From Cycloclasticus sp. 46_120_T64 (GTDB lineage: Bacteria; Pseudomonadota; Gammaproteobacteria; Methylococcales; Cycloclasticaceae): a stretch of DNA of 64,000 bases. This document shows positions 39,103 to 48,241 of the stretch, piece after piece; positions within the stretch are counted from its first letter, which is position 1, and each line of letters opens with the position of its first letter. The notes under the pieces were generated by a model. That model searched no databases. It saw nothing but the letters and a program-made list of their open reading frames with translations, and was not told the origin of the DNA. The stretch lies in NCBI GenBank assembly GCA_002162695.1, contig MAAM01000013.1, forward strand, positions 14,510-78,509, written 5' to 3'. The translations under genes and the position numbers were made by a program.

Positions 39103-39987
39103 ATGAATTATAGCTACCCTCTCTTCCGTCCTCCGTCCGAAGCCCACAGCATTATCTTGCAAATAACCGAAGGTTGCAGCTTCAACCGCTGCAGTTTTTG
39201 CTCGATGTACCGCGAAAAAGATTTTGCGGAGAAACCGCTAACACAAGTTCTATCCGAGATTAAACAGATGGCCAATGCGCAACCGCAAACCCGACGCGTG
39301 TTTTTGGCGGATGGTGACGCACTAGTCCGAGACACCGCCAGCCTTGTTAGCATCTTAGAGGCGCTTTATCAGCACTTCCCAGCACTTGAGCGCGTGAGTA
39401 GCTACGCCCTCCCCAGTAATTTATTGAATAAATCGACCGAACAGTTAACAAGCTTACGAAAAGCGGGGTTAAAGCTTTTATATTACGGCCTAGAAACCGG
39501 CTGCGCAGAGTTATTAAAGTGTATCACCAAGGGCGCTACCCCTAAGCTCATAAAAACTGGCCTCGATAAGGCGCGAACATCCGGTACGGAGGTCTCTGCA
39601 ACCATTATTCTTGGACTCGGTGGTCAGCACTATTGGCAACAACATATCGAACAAACCGCCAAACTCGTTAATGAGCTACAACTAAACTACCTATCCACCT
39701 TGCAGCTGAAGCTCGACCCATCCATCGAAGAAGAGTTTCTGGCAAAGTTTAAGCGCCAAGGAAAAACCTATGCGCCGCAAAACGATAGCCAACTACTGCA
39801 GGAACAAGCCTTACTGATTGCCCTAGTATCACCACAAAAATCGTTAACCTTCCGCTCCAACCACGCCTCTAATGCCTTACCATTGAAAGGAGAGCTGCCC
39901 AGAGATAAAACATTTTTATTAAACCAGCTCCAGCTAGCCGCCGCTGGCGACATTCAGCTCGTACCCAAATGGTTACGTGGTTTATAG
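39103..39987 (+). CDS. Radical SAM superfamily protein of unknown function (cluster motif CX4CX2C)
   Basis: The 294-aa ORF reads LQITEGCSFNRCSFCSMY (C25, C30, C33). A GDAL/GLETG-type TIM-barrel core typical of radical SAM enzymes follows. Confidence 0.75.
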   Translation: MNYSYPLFRPPSEAHSIILQITEGCSFNRCSFCSMYREKDFAEKPLTQVLSEIKQMANAQPQTRRVFLADGDALVRDTASLVSILEALYQHFPALERVSSYALPSNLLNKSTEQLTSLRKAGLKLLYYGLETGCAELLKCITKGATPKLIKTGLDKARTSGTEVSATIILGLGGQHYWQQHIEQTAKLVNELQLNYLSTLQLKLDPSIEEEFLAKFKRQGKTYAPQNDSQLLQEQALLIALVSPQKSLTFRSNHASNALPLKGELPRDKTFLLNQLQLAAAGDIQLVPKWLRGL

Positions 39988-39998
39988 AGGTTCGTGGC

Positions 39999-40538
39999 TT
40001 ACTGCCTAACAGGCCGCTTGGCTAATTTCCGCTGCAGGGTTCGGCGATGCATATTCAAACGCCTAGCGGCCTCCGATACATTCCCCTCGCACTCCAATAA
40101 CACCTTCTGCATATGCTCCCACTCCAAGCGTTTCACCGATAAGGGCTGAGCCGCCGGTGAGACGCCTATGTCTCCACCCTGCTGCGCTAGGGCAGACAAG
40201 ATTTCATCCGCGTTAGCTGGCTTGGTTAGGTATTGGGTTGCCCCCAACTTCACCGCCTCTACGGCAGTAGCAATACTGGCATAACCGGTCAACATCACAA
40301 TTTTCGTGTTTTGATCCTTATCTTTAAGCAACTTAATCAACTGTAAACCAGAGCTCTGGCCTAAACGCAAATCCACGACCGCCAGCTCAACCTCAAATTG
40401 ATTTATTTTATCTATCGCTTGCTGCTCAGTATTCGCCGTGGCCACATCGTAACCACGCCGCTTAAATGCATCGGCTAACACCGAACAGTACACCTCGTCA
40501 TCGTCAATAACCAACATCTTTATTGCATCATCATTCAT
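39999..40538 (-). CDS. regA: Response regulator, RegA/PrrA/ActR/RoxR family (REC + Fis-type HTH)
   Basis: The 179-aa ORF has a receiver domain (LVIDDD...VVDLRLG...KP). The nearly invariant RegA-family HTH reads GNVSEAARRLNMHRRTLQRKLAKRP. Confidence 0.88.
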   Translation of the reverse strand: MNDDAIKMLVIDDDEVYCSVLADAFKRRGYDVATANTEQQAIDKINQFEVELAVVDLRLGQSSGLQLIKLLKDKDQNTKIVMLTGYASIATAVEAVKLGATQYLTKPANADEILSALAQQGGDIGVSPAAQPLSVKRLEWEHMQKVLLECEGNVSEAARRLNMHRRTLQRKLAKRPVRQ

Positions 40539-40552
40539 CCAACGTCCGCCTA

Positions 40553-41848
40553 CTAAATTGTTAAAGGAACTTTAATCGTCACTCGCACACCACTGCGTTC
40601 CCCGTTATTCCACTGTACCTCACCACCAATACGCTCAATACTGGCTTTGCTCAGGTAGACCCCGATTCCCAAACCTTTTTCTGTTGAGCCTATCAAGTCT
40701 GATCCCAGTTTGGCTAATTGCGCAGGGTCCATGCCCGCGCCCCTATCAACCACGTCGAGTAACATATCGTTATCACTCCAGTTCAAACGAATCATCACGT
40801 ATTCAGGGGAAGCCTGCGCGGCATTGTCTAAGATATTAATTAACGCTCGGGTCAGCGCAACATCGGACAAAATAGTTGGCTTCGACCCGCTGCCAATCAC
40901 CCGTTCTTGCAAACCCACTCCTAGGTGTGAAATACGCCACTGCGCAATCACCGCCTTAATATATTCATCGACCGCGACCACCTGCCCCGTTTCATATTTA
41001 TCGGCTGTTGCCGACTCGGTGATGCTCAGTAACACTTGTTTACAACGCTTGATCTGCCCCTGAATAATCGTCAATTTGTCGTGCATCGCCTCATCACCTG
41101 ACTGCTGCACCTCTAACGCCAACTCATGAGCCACGATATCCATCGTACCCAAGGGAGTACCTAACTCATGTGCCGCTCCCGTCGCGAGTGTGCCGAGGGC
41201 AACAATTCGCTCATCACGAAAAATTCGTTCTTTCATTTCCAATAATAATTCATTCCTTTTACGTAATGATTCAGCCATCCCCGCGACAAAATGCGCTAAC
41301 AAAATAGTCGCCGAGACAAAACCCAGCCACATCCCGATCACATGATCCTTGAAGTGTTCGCCCGCACCCATTTCTAAATGATGATCAAGGTGTAATAAGG
41401 GCTGATAATAGAATACCAACAGACTGTACGATACCGATGTTATTAACGCCATCAACCAGACATAGTTACGCGATAACAGGGTCGAGGCAACACTGTGTGG
41501 AAGCAATAAAAACCATGCAAAAGGATTGGTCGCACCGCCGGTAAAATACAACACTGCACTGAGTGAAGCGACATCAACCAGCAGTTGCAAGAAGAAACCA
41601 TTGACTGTGTATTTATGGTTGTTTTTTAAAAATAACCAACTAAACAAACTCCACAGTAACAACGCAGCAAGAATATAAAACAAGGGAGCCAGCGGTAAAG
41701 AGATGTCTAAATAATACACAGCCACCAATATCGCCAGCAACTGCCCAGCCACACTCAAAACACGCAGCGACAATAATCGCTTCAAATCCTCATCTGCTGC
41801 TGAAGAGGTGAATATTTTCCGGCTTAAACTGCTCATACTAGGGCTCAT
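40553..41848 (-). CDS. regB: Redox-sensing histidine kinase, RegB/PrrB/ActS/RoxS family
   Basis: The 431-aa ORF has about 6 TM helices and the quinone-site heptapeptide GGATNPF (GGxxNPF). The H-box AAHELGTPL is followed by a Cys (IKRCKQVL) at the position of the RegB redox-active cysteine. A HATPase domain completes the protein. Confidence 0.85.
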   Translation of the reverse strand: MSPSMSSLSRKIFTSSAADEDLKRLLSLRVLSVAGQLLAILVAVYYLDISLPLAPLFYILAALLLWSLFSWLFLKNNHKYTVNGFFLQLLVDVASLSAVLYFTGGATNPFAWFLLLPHSVASTLLSRNYVWLMALITSVSYSLLVFYYQPLLHLDHHLEMGAGEHFKDHVIGMWLGFVSATILLAHFVAGMAESLRKRNELLLEMKERIFRDERIVALGTLATGAAHELGTPLGTMDIVAHELALEVQQSGDEAMHDKLTIIQGQIKRCKQVLLSITESATADKYETGQVVAVDEYIKAVIAQWRISHLGVGLQERVIGSGSKPTILSDVALTRALINILDNAAQASPEYVMIRLNWSDNDMLLDVVDRGAGMDPAQLAKLGSDLIGSTEKGLGIGVYLSKASIERIGGEVQWNNGERSGVRVTIKVPLTI

Positions 41849-42012
41849 TAATTAATTGCGCCCACTTTAGCAGCATCCTATTCTAACAACGAGCCCCCGC
41901 GTCAATTTGTCGCAGCTCAATCAGCCGATATTAAAATAACTGCTAAACACCCTAGTAAATCAGCATAAATATGCCATTATTTAGCCTATCTGTTTATTTA
42001 ATTGAGAGCCGT

Positions 42013-42462
42013 ATGTCCATCAGTAAAGAAAATGAAATCTCCACCCTAGCCAACGCAGACACCTTTAGCGAACAAACCGAACACTTACTTGAATTCAGCG
42101 CAAGAACACAAGCCAAAGCCAGCATGTTGTTCATTACTTTTGAAGCGGTCAACACCCAACTTAACGAACAACAAAGTAAACTGGTCATTCAAGCCATTAG
42201 CCAAATTTTACTGAGCAAGGCACGTGAGTCTGATATTTACGCACACCTAGATGGGATGAATTTTGCCAACTTATCAGTCGACACCAGCGAGCAACACGCC
42301 AAAACAATTGCCAGCAAGTTAAAAACAGACTTAGCACAGCCCTTTTTATTGGCTGATGGCACAAACTTAACGCTGCGCACAAAAATTGGTAGCGCAAGCT
42401 TCCCAACACAAGGCAGCAACTACACTCAATTAATTAGCAGCGCAAGAAGCGCAGCTCACTGA
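42013..42462 (+). CDS. Stand-alone degenerate GGDEF-like domain protein (active site DGMNF, I-site RESD retained)
   Basis: The protein is about 149 aa from MSISKENE; the ORF-track start at 41971 is also possible. By eye it aligns with the GGDEF fold: LFITFEAVN (DxxxxxxND lost), RESD-5 aa-DGMNF, KIGSASFP. Confidence 0.55.
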   Translation: MSISKENEISTLANADTFSEQTEHLLEFSARTQAKASMLFITFEAVNTQLNEQQSKLVIQAISQILLSKARESDIYAHLDGMNFANLSVDTSEQHAKTIASKLKTDLAQPFLLADGTNLTLRTKIGSASFPTQGSNYTQLISSARSAAH

Positions 42463-42508
42463 GAGTGGCCGACTAAACCAGCCCAACTCAACACAACGCG
42501 CATAAAAA

Positions 42509-42539
42509 AACCTGATAGCCGAGGCGGCTATCAGGTTTT
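42509..42539. terminator. Bidirectional rho-independent terminator between the GGDEF-like gene and idh
   Basis: The sequence is A7-AACCTGATAGCC-gaggc-GGCTATCAGGTT-TT. Confidence 0.85.
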
Positions 42540-42559
42540 CATGAACAACTCTAGTCAGC

Positions 42560-44782
42560 TTAATCTAATGTTGCCAAAGCCTCATTAAATAACTTAGATG
42601 GGCGCATAATCGTATTAGTCTGTTCGACCACAGGCAAGTAATAACCGCCCAAATCTACCGCATGCCATTGGTCAGTCGTCAAATCACTAACGATCTGCTC
42701 TTCACCATCCGCCAATGCTTTCGCTAACGGTTTGAAGTACTCCTTCAGCTCTACATTTTCGTTTTGCTCAACCAAAGCCTCGGCCCAATATAAAGCTAGG
42801 TAATAATGACTACCTCTATTGTCTAGCTCGCCGGTTTTACGTGACGGTGATTTACCGGTGTCTAACAACTTAGCCGTAGCCAAGTCTAACGTTTTGGCTA
42901 GTAGTGCAGCCTTTTCATTGCCTTCAGTCACAGCGGTATGCTCGAGGGATGCGCACAGCGCTAAAAACTCACCTAACGAGTCCCAACGCAAGTGATTCTC
43001 TTCAATCAACTGTTTAACGTGCTTAGGCGCAGAACCACCAGCCCCTGTTTCAAATAAACCACCACCCGCCATTAACGGCACAATTGATAGCATTTTGGCA
43101 CTTGTGCCCAACTCTAGGATCGGGAATAAATCGGTTAAGTAATCACGCAAAATATTACCGGTAACAGAAATAGTATCTTGCCCACGCAAAATACGCTCAA
43201 GAGTATAACGCATCGCTCTGGTTTGCGACATGATACGAATATCTAAACCGTCCAAGTCGTGATCTTGTAAATACAACTTAACCTTTTTAATCAATTCATT
43301 TTCATGCGGACGGTATTCATCCAACCAGAAAACAGCCGGTGTTTGCGATAAACGAGCACGATTAACAGCCAATTTAACCCAGTCTTGGATAGGCGCGTCT
43401 TTAACTTGGCACATTCTCCAAATATCACCTTCTTCAACCGCCATTTCGAGCAAGATATTGCCTTCGTCGTCAACAATACGCGTACGACCATCGGCTTTCA
43501 TTTCAAATGTCTTATCGTGCGAACCGTACTCTTCGGCTTTTTGCGCCATTAAACCAACATTCGGCACACTGCCCATCGTGGTTGGATCAAAAGCGCCGTG
43601 TGTTTTACAGAAATCAATAATTTCTTGATAAATTCTCGCGAAGGTACTCTCTGGCATAACGGCCTTCGTCTCTTTTAGCTTACCGTCGGGGCCCCACATT
43701 TTTCCGCCAGCACGAATCATCGCCGGCATAGAGGCATCAACAATCACCTCATTCGGTGTATGGAAGTTAGAGATTCCTTTTGCAGAATCGACCATCGCCA
43801 ATTCAGGACGAGATTTATAACAAGCGTGCATATCGGCTAAGATCTCTTCCTTTACAGACTCAGGAAGCTTCTCGATATTCGAATACACACTGCTTAAACC
43901 ATCATTAGGGTTAACACCTAACTCATCAAATAACTTTCCGTGTTTAGCAAACAGGTCTTTATAATAAATTTTCACCGCATGACCAAACACAATCGGGTGA
44001 GAAACCTTCATCATCGTCGCTTTCACGTGGAAAGAGAACATCACACCGGTTTCCCGCGCATCTTCCATTTGCTCTTCGAGGAACTCACAGAGAGCCTTCT
44101 TGCTCATGAACATACTGTCGATGATTTCACCTTTCAACAGCGCTGTTTTTTCCTTTAGCACCGTCACATCGCCATTATTAGCAACAAATTCGATTTTAAC
44201 GTTACAGTCTTTATCAAGCGTTAAACTTTGCTCACTGCTGTAGAAATCACCATCATGCATATGCGACACGTGGGTACGTGAGGCTTGGCTCCACTTCCCC
44301 ATAGAATGCGGGTTTTTACGTGCATACTCTTTTACCGCCTTCGGAGCGCGTCGATCAGAGTTACCTTCACGTAATACTGGATTCACTGCACTGCCCAGTG
44401 CTTTACCATAGGTTGCCTGTAAAGCCAGCCCTTCATCCGTCTTTGGATCTTCAGGGTAATCAGGAATAGCAAAACCTTTTGCTTGCAACTCGGCAATCAC
44501 ATCTTTCAACTGAGGAATAGATGCACTAACGTTAGGCAATTTTATAATATTTGTTTTTGGATCCTGAGTTAACTTCCCCAGCTCAGCTAAAGCGTCTTCG
44601 ACTTGCTGATCTGCGGGCAATATATCTGAGAACAACGCTAAAACTCGGTTTGCAAGTGAAATATCACTCAGCTCCATTTCAATACCAGCCGATGCGGTAA
44701 AAGTGTTAATTATTGGCAGCAGCGAACTGGTCGCCAATAAAGGCGCTTCATCAGTATATGTATAAATAATTTTTGAACTCAT
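42560..44782 (-). CDS. idh: Monomeric NADP-dependent isocitrate dehydrogenase
   Basis: The 740-aa ORF begins [15 protein letters not shown], which with its length is diagnostic of the monomeric IDH family. Confidence 0.95.
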   Translation of the reverse strand: MSSKIIYTYTDEAPLLATSSLLPIINTFTASAGIEMELSDISLANRVLALFSDILPADQQVEDALAELGKLTQDPKTNIIKLPNVSASIPQLKDVIAELQAKGFAIPDYPEDPKTDEGLALQATYGKALGSAVNPVLREGNSDRRAPKAVKEYARKNPHSMGKWSQASRTHVSHMHDGDFYSSEQSLTLDKDCNVKIEFVANNGDVTVLKEKTALLKGEIIDSMFMSKKALCEFLEEQMEDARETGVMFSFHVKATMMKVSHPIVFGHAVKIYYKDLFAKHGKLFDELGVNPNDGLSSVYSNIEKLPESVKEEILADMHACYKSRPELAMVDSAKGISNFHTPNEVIVDASMPAMIRAGGKMWGPDGKLKETKAVMPESTFARIYQEIIDFCKTHGAFDPTTMGSVPNVGLMAQKAEEYGSHDKTFEMKADGRTRIVDDEGNILLEMAVEEGDIWRMCQVKDAPIQDWVKLAVNRARLSQTPAVFWLDEYRPHENELIKKVKLYLQDHDLDGLDIRIMSQTRAMRYTLERILRGQDTISVTGNILRDYLTDLFPILELGTSAKMLSIVPLMAGGGLFETGAGGSAPKHVKQLIEENHLRWDSLGEFLALCASLEHTAVTEGNEKAALLAKTLDLATAKLLDTGKSPSRKTGELDNRGSHYYLALYWAEALVEQNENVELKEYFKPLAKALADGEEQIVSDLTTDQWHAVDLGGYYLPVVEQTNTIMRPSKLFNEALATLD

Positions 44783-44942
44783 TCAATCCTATCCTCTTAA
44801 GGGTTCTTTTAGCAATTGTTGATCTTCGACTCTCCAAACAACGGGCGAAGCAAGTGCTTTCAGCCTAACGTTTGATTGGGAATTTTATTGCTAGATTGTA
44901 CCGTAAAAAGGCTAATTACTGATAAGAAAGAATTAACTATTT

Positions 44943-45016
44943 TGGAGGCTGAGAGCGGAATCGAACCGCTGTACACGGCTTTGCAGGCCGCTGCATAACC
45001 ACTCTGCCACTCAGCC
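44943..45016 (-). tRNA. cysT: tRNA-Cys (GCA)
   Basis: The reverse complement is GGCUGAGUGGCAGAGUGGUUAUGCAGCGGCCUGCAAAGCCGUGUACAGCGGUUCGAUUCCGCUCUCAGCCUCCA. It has a cloverleaf, GCA in the anticodon loop and an encoded CCA. Confidence 0.95.
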
Positions 45017-45067
45017 AGAGGGGACTTAAAAAAGAAAAAGCCGCGGTGGAATCACGGCTTTAAAACT

Positions 45068-45142
45068 TGGAGCGGGAAACGAGATTCGAACTCGCGACCC
45101 CAACCTTGGCAAGGTTGTGCTCTACCACTGAGCTATTCCCGC
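45068..45142 (-). tRNA. glyW: tRNA-Gly (GCC)
   Basis: The reverse complement is GCGGGAAUAGCUCAGUGGUAGAGCACAACCUUGCCAAGGUUGGGGUCGCGAGUUCGAAUCUCGUUUCCCGCUCCA. The pgsA-glyW-cysT order matches E. coli. Confidence 0.95.
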
Positions 45143-45160
45143 GTTGTTTTGAAGTCGTGT

Positions 45161-45188
45161 ATTCTAAGGATTTGCGACAAACTGTCAA
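45161..45188 (-). promoter_or_regulatory. Strong sigma70 promoter for the tRNA-Gly/tRNA-Cys unit
   Basis: The minus strand reads TTGACA-N16-TAGAAT. The -10 ends 18 nt upstream of the tRNA-Gly 5' end. Confidence 0.6.
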
Positions 45189-45201
45189 GCACCAATGTCG
45201 A

Positions 45202-45756
45202 TTATTTTTTAAATTGTGGCAAAGCCAGCTGAATATACTGCCACATAGACCAAAGCGTCAGCGTTGCGGCTATATAAATAGACACCAAACCTAGCATTCT
45301 GACCGGTAAGCCATACAAATCCATATTGAATAATAAACACAATATCGCCAACATTTGAAAACCGGTCTTAAACTTACCTATCCAAGACACCTTCACAACT
45401 GAGCGCAGCCCTAACTCAGCCATCCACTCCCTTAAGGAGGCAACCGACACTTCGCGGCCGATAATAATAGCGGCGGGTATAGCGATATAAATAGCGGGGT
45501 CGGCCTGCACAATCAACACCAAAATAACCACCACCATCAACTTATCGGCGACCGGGTCGAGAAATTCGCCAAATGCCGTCTGTAAGTTCAACCTTCTGGC
45601 TAAAAATCCATCAAACCAATCGGTCAGCGAGGCGACGATAAAGAGCAATGAGCACCACAGCCTTGCATCCTCTATCGGCAAATAGAAAACAATCATGATG
45701 ACCGGAATCGAAGCAATGCGTAGCAGGGTGAGTATTGTTGGGATATTAAGAATCAT
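45202..45756 (-). CDS. pgsA: CDP-diacylglycerol--glycerol-3-phosphate 3-phosphatidyltransferase
   Basis: The 184-aa ORF carries the CDP-alcohol phosphatidyltransferase motif DWFDGFLARR...GEFLDPVADK. Confidence 0.95.
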   Translation of the reverse strand: MILNIPTILTLLRIASIPVIMIVFYLPIEDARLWCSLLFIVASLTDWFDGFLARRLNLQTAFGEFLDPVADKLMVVVILVLIVQADPAIYIAIPAAIIIGREVSVASLREWMAELGLRSVVKVSWIGKFKTGFQMLAILCLLFNMDLYGLPVRMLGLVSIYIAATLTLWSMWQYIQLALPQFKK

Positions 45757-45797
45757 TCAGCTCAGAAGTAGACTAATTTTCATTCATAATAACATCA

Positions 45798-47642
45798 TTA
45801 TTCAGCTGAACCGTCATGAAAAAAATCGTAAACTCGACCCGCTAAGGCCACACTGATCCCATCGACCGTGCATAGATCATCGATTCCCGCCGTTTGAATC
45901 TCACGTAAACCACCAAATTGTTTCAATAGTAACTGGCGTCGCTTAGGGCCTAAACCCTCAATCTGCTCCAAACTAGACTTACTCTTAAGCTTACCGCGCT
46001 GCTGCCTATGCCCACTAATTGCAAATCTATGCGCCTCATCCCTAATCTGCTGCAGCAATAACAGCGCCGGTTCATCCGCTGGAAAAACGAACACCCGCCC
46101 ATCCGTAGCGCGATAAATTTTCTCCATCCCAAGCTTCCTATCACTACCCTTAGAGACACCAATAACAAATACATCGTCAAACTGAATTGCTTTCAACGCC
46201 TCGACGACTGCCGTCACTTGCCCCTTGCCGCCATCAATAATCAACACATCCGGCTGCAAATGCTCTTTATTCTTTGCTCGTAGATAACGCCGACTCACCG
46301 CCTGAGCTAGTGCGGCATAATCATCCCCGGCGGTAATCCCCTTTATATTAAAGCGTCGGTAGTCGGCCTTCAGCGGCCCCTCCTCATTAAAAACCACACA
46401 GGAGGCAACCGTTTGATCGCCTTGCAAATGACTGATATCAAAGCACTCCATACGTTGAATCGTCGTATTCAATTCTAATAAACAACTGAGTTTTTCCAAA
46501 CGAGCCTGGGTATTCTCTCGACTCTGTAGTTTTTGGCTCAATGCCATATCGGCATTATTTTGCGCCATCTTCAACCACTTTGCTCGCTCGCTGCGCGGTT
46601 TATGCACAAGGTTTATTTTCCGCCCCGCTTTATCATCGAAAACTTGCTGGGTTAATTTCGCCTCATTTAATGGATGACTTAAAACTATCGTCTTCGGTAA
46701 TTTCTTTTCCAAATAAAACTGCAACACGAATGCACTCAACACTTCGGCCGCCGTTTTTCCTGCCGGCATCTTGGGGAAGAAACTGCGTTTACCAATATGC
46801 TGACCATGACGAATAAAAAAAACTTGAATGCACGCAAGCTGCCCCTCCACGCTACAAGCAATGACATCAACCTCACCCGCTTCGCCGCTGACATATTGCC
46901 GCTCCATGATCTTTCGCAACTGCGATACCTGTTCGCGGTAAGTCACCGCTTTTTCAAAGTCCAAGGCAGCGGCTGCCAGCTCCATCTTTTCCACCAAGGA
47001 ATCGATTAAGCGCTTATTCTTACCTTCGAGGAATAATACCGTATTAGCCACATCGGCCTGATAATCCTCCGCGGACACTAAACCTACACAGGGAGCTGTA
47101 CAGCGTTTGATCTGGTGCTGCAGACAGGGCCTAGAACGGTTGGCGTAAAAACTATCATCACACTGCCGAACGGGAAACAACTTTTGTAAAACATGTAGGC
47201 TATCGCGCACCGCACCTGCGCTCGGGTAAGGGCCAAAGTATCGCCCCTGCTTGCCCTTGCCGCCACGATGAAAACTTAAACGCGGAAACTGTTGCTGGTC
47301 AGAAAGATAAATAAATGGGTAGCTCTTGTCATCCCTGAGACAAATATTATATCGAGGCCTGAAACGCTTAATCAACTGATTTTCCAGTAATAAGGCCTCA
47401 CCCTCAGTATGCGTAACAATCACCTCAATTTGCCGTACATGCGACACCATCACACGTTTTTTACTATCCTTAGCACTCGCATTAAAGTAACTACTCACCC
47501 GTTTGAGTAAGTTTTTTGCCTTCCCTACATAAATACACTGGTTGCGCCCATCGAGCATTTGATAAACACCAGGCTTTTGGGTCAGTGTTTTAAGAAATTG
47601 CTGGCTATCAAATGCAGCTATCGTTGTTACCTCATTCATCAC
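45798..47642 (-). CDS. uvrC: Excinuclease ABC subunit C
   Basis: The 614-aa ORF has a GIY-YIG N-terminus (PGVYQMLD...IYVGKAKNLLKRV), a UvrBC domain, an RNase H-like endonuclease domain and a C-terminal (HhH)2. Confidence 0.96.
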   Translation of the reverse strand: MMNEVTTIAAFDSQQFLKTLTQKPGVYQMLDGRNQCIYVGKAKNLLKRVSSYFNASAKDSKKRVMVSHVRQIEVIVTHTEGEALLLENQLIKRFRPRYNICLRDDKSYPFIYLSDQQQFPRLSFHRGGKGKQGRYFGPYPSAGAVRDSLHVLQKLFPVRQCDDSFYANRSRPCLQHQIKRCTAPCVGLVSAEDYQADVANTVLFLEGKNKRLIDSLVEKMELAAAALDFEKAVTYREQVSQLRKIMERQYVSGEAGEVDVIACSVEGQLACIQVFFIRHGQHIGKRSFFPKMPAGKTAAEVLSAFVLQFYLEKKLPKTIVLSHPLNEAKLTQQVFDDKAGRKINLVHKPRSERAKWLKMAQNNADMALSQKLQSRENTQARLEKLSCLLELNTTIQRMECFDISHLQGDQTVASCVVFNEEGPLKADYRRFNIKGITAGDDYAALAQAVSRRYLRAKNKEHLQPDVLIIDGGKGQVTAVVEALKAIQFDDVFVIGVSKGSDRKLGMEKIYRATDGRVFVFPADEPALLLLQQIRDEAHRFAISGHRQQRGKLKSKSSLEQIEGLGPKRRQLLLKQFGGLREIQTAGIDDLCTVDGISVALAGRVYDFFHDGSAE

Positions 47643-47714
47643 GCTATTTAATCAGTAAAACTCACCACAAGCATTCTTTCATTGAAATTCATTTGAGGGC
47701 TTTATGCTGCGGGC

Positions 47715-47744
47715 AAAAAAAAGGCCTCGTTAAGAGGCCTTTTC
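47715..47744 (-). terminator. Rho-independent terminator after phaR
   Basis: The minus strand reads AGGCCTC-ttaac-GAGGCCT followed by T8. Confidence 0.85.
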
Positions 47745-47751
47745 ATTAATA

Positions 47752-48219
47752 CTATTCTTTCTTATCGTCATCTGCCGGTGGATAATCCACATTCTTAAAT
47801 AGACCATCTTGCATCTCTTTAAAAACCTCCATGTTGCGCTTGGCAAGTGAAGTCATCATCGAGAACGGATCCATTACCTGTCCCAAATTATCTCTAGCCT
47901 TCGATCGCTGATCAGCAATCAACTTAACCGAGTTCTCCAAGTAACTTGCAAAATTCGCTTGAAAGGGATCCCCATACAAACGAATTAATTGCTCCAGCAT
48001 TTCCGCACTCATAATCGGGTTACCGTCTTCTTCTTGCTCCAGAATAATCTGCAACAATACGCTGCGCGTCAGGTCTTCTTTTGTTTTAGCATCGATAACC
48101 ATAACCGGCTCTCGATCAATAACCAACTGACGCACATCACTCAATGTGACATATTTACTAACTTCCGTATCGTACAAACGACGATTCGGATATTTCTTTA
48201 TGACGCGACAACCATCCAT
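47752..48219 (-). CDS. phaR: PhaR-type polyhydroxyalkanoate synthesis regulator
   Basis: The 155-aa ORF has the N-terminal signature IKKYPNRRLYDT...YVTL.D...LV. No obvious SD precedes the ATG. Confidence 0.75.
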   Translation of the reverse strand: MDGCRVIKKYPNRRLYDTEVSKYVTLSDVRQLVIDREPVMVIDAKTKEDLTRSVLLQIILEQEEDGNPIMSAEMLEQLIRLYGDPFQANFASYLENSVKLIADQRSKARDNLGQVMDPFSMMTSLAKRNMEVFKEMQDGLFKNVDYPPADDDKKE

Positions 48220-48241
48220 AATAAAGCAGAACGAATAAGAA

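Noticed and set aside
41971-42012. Longer start for the GGDEF-like ORF (MPLFSLSVYLIESR...)
   Set aside because: The extension is hydrophobic and low-information and lacks an SD, whereas the ATG at 42013 is preceded by GAGAG. The choice remains uncertain, and both starts are mentioned in the feature.
45067-45294. 75-aa plus-strand ORF (MERETRFELATPTLARLCSTTELFPR...)
   Set aside because: It is the antisense translation of tRNA-Gly, the tRNA promoter and the pgsA 3' end. The FELATP/STTEL pattern is the classic tRNA-antisense artefact.
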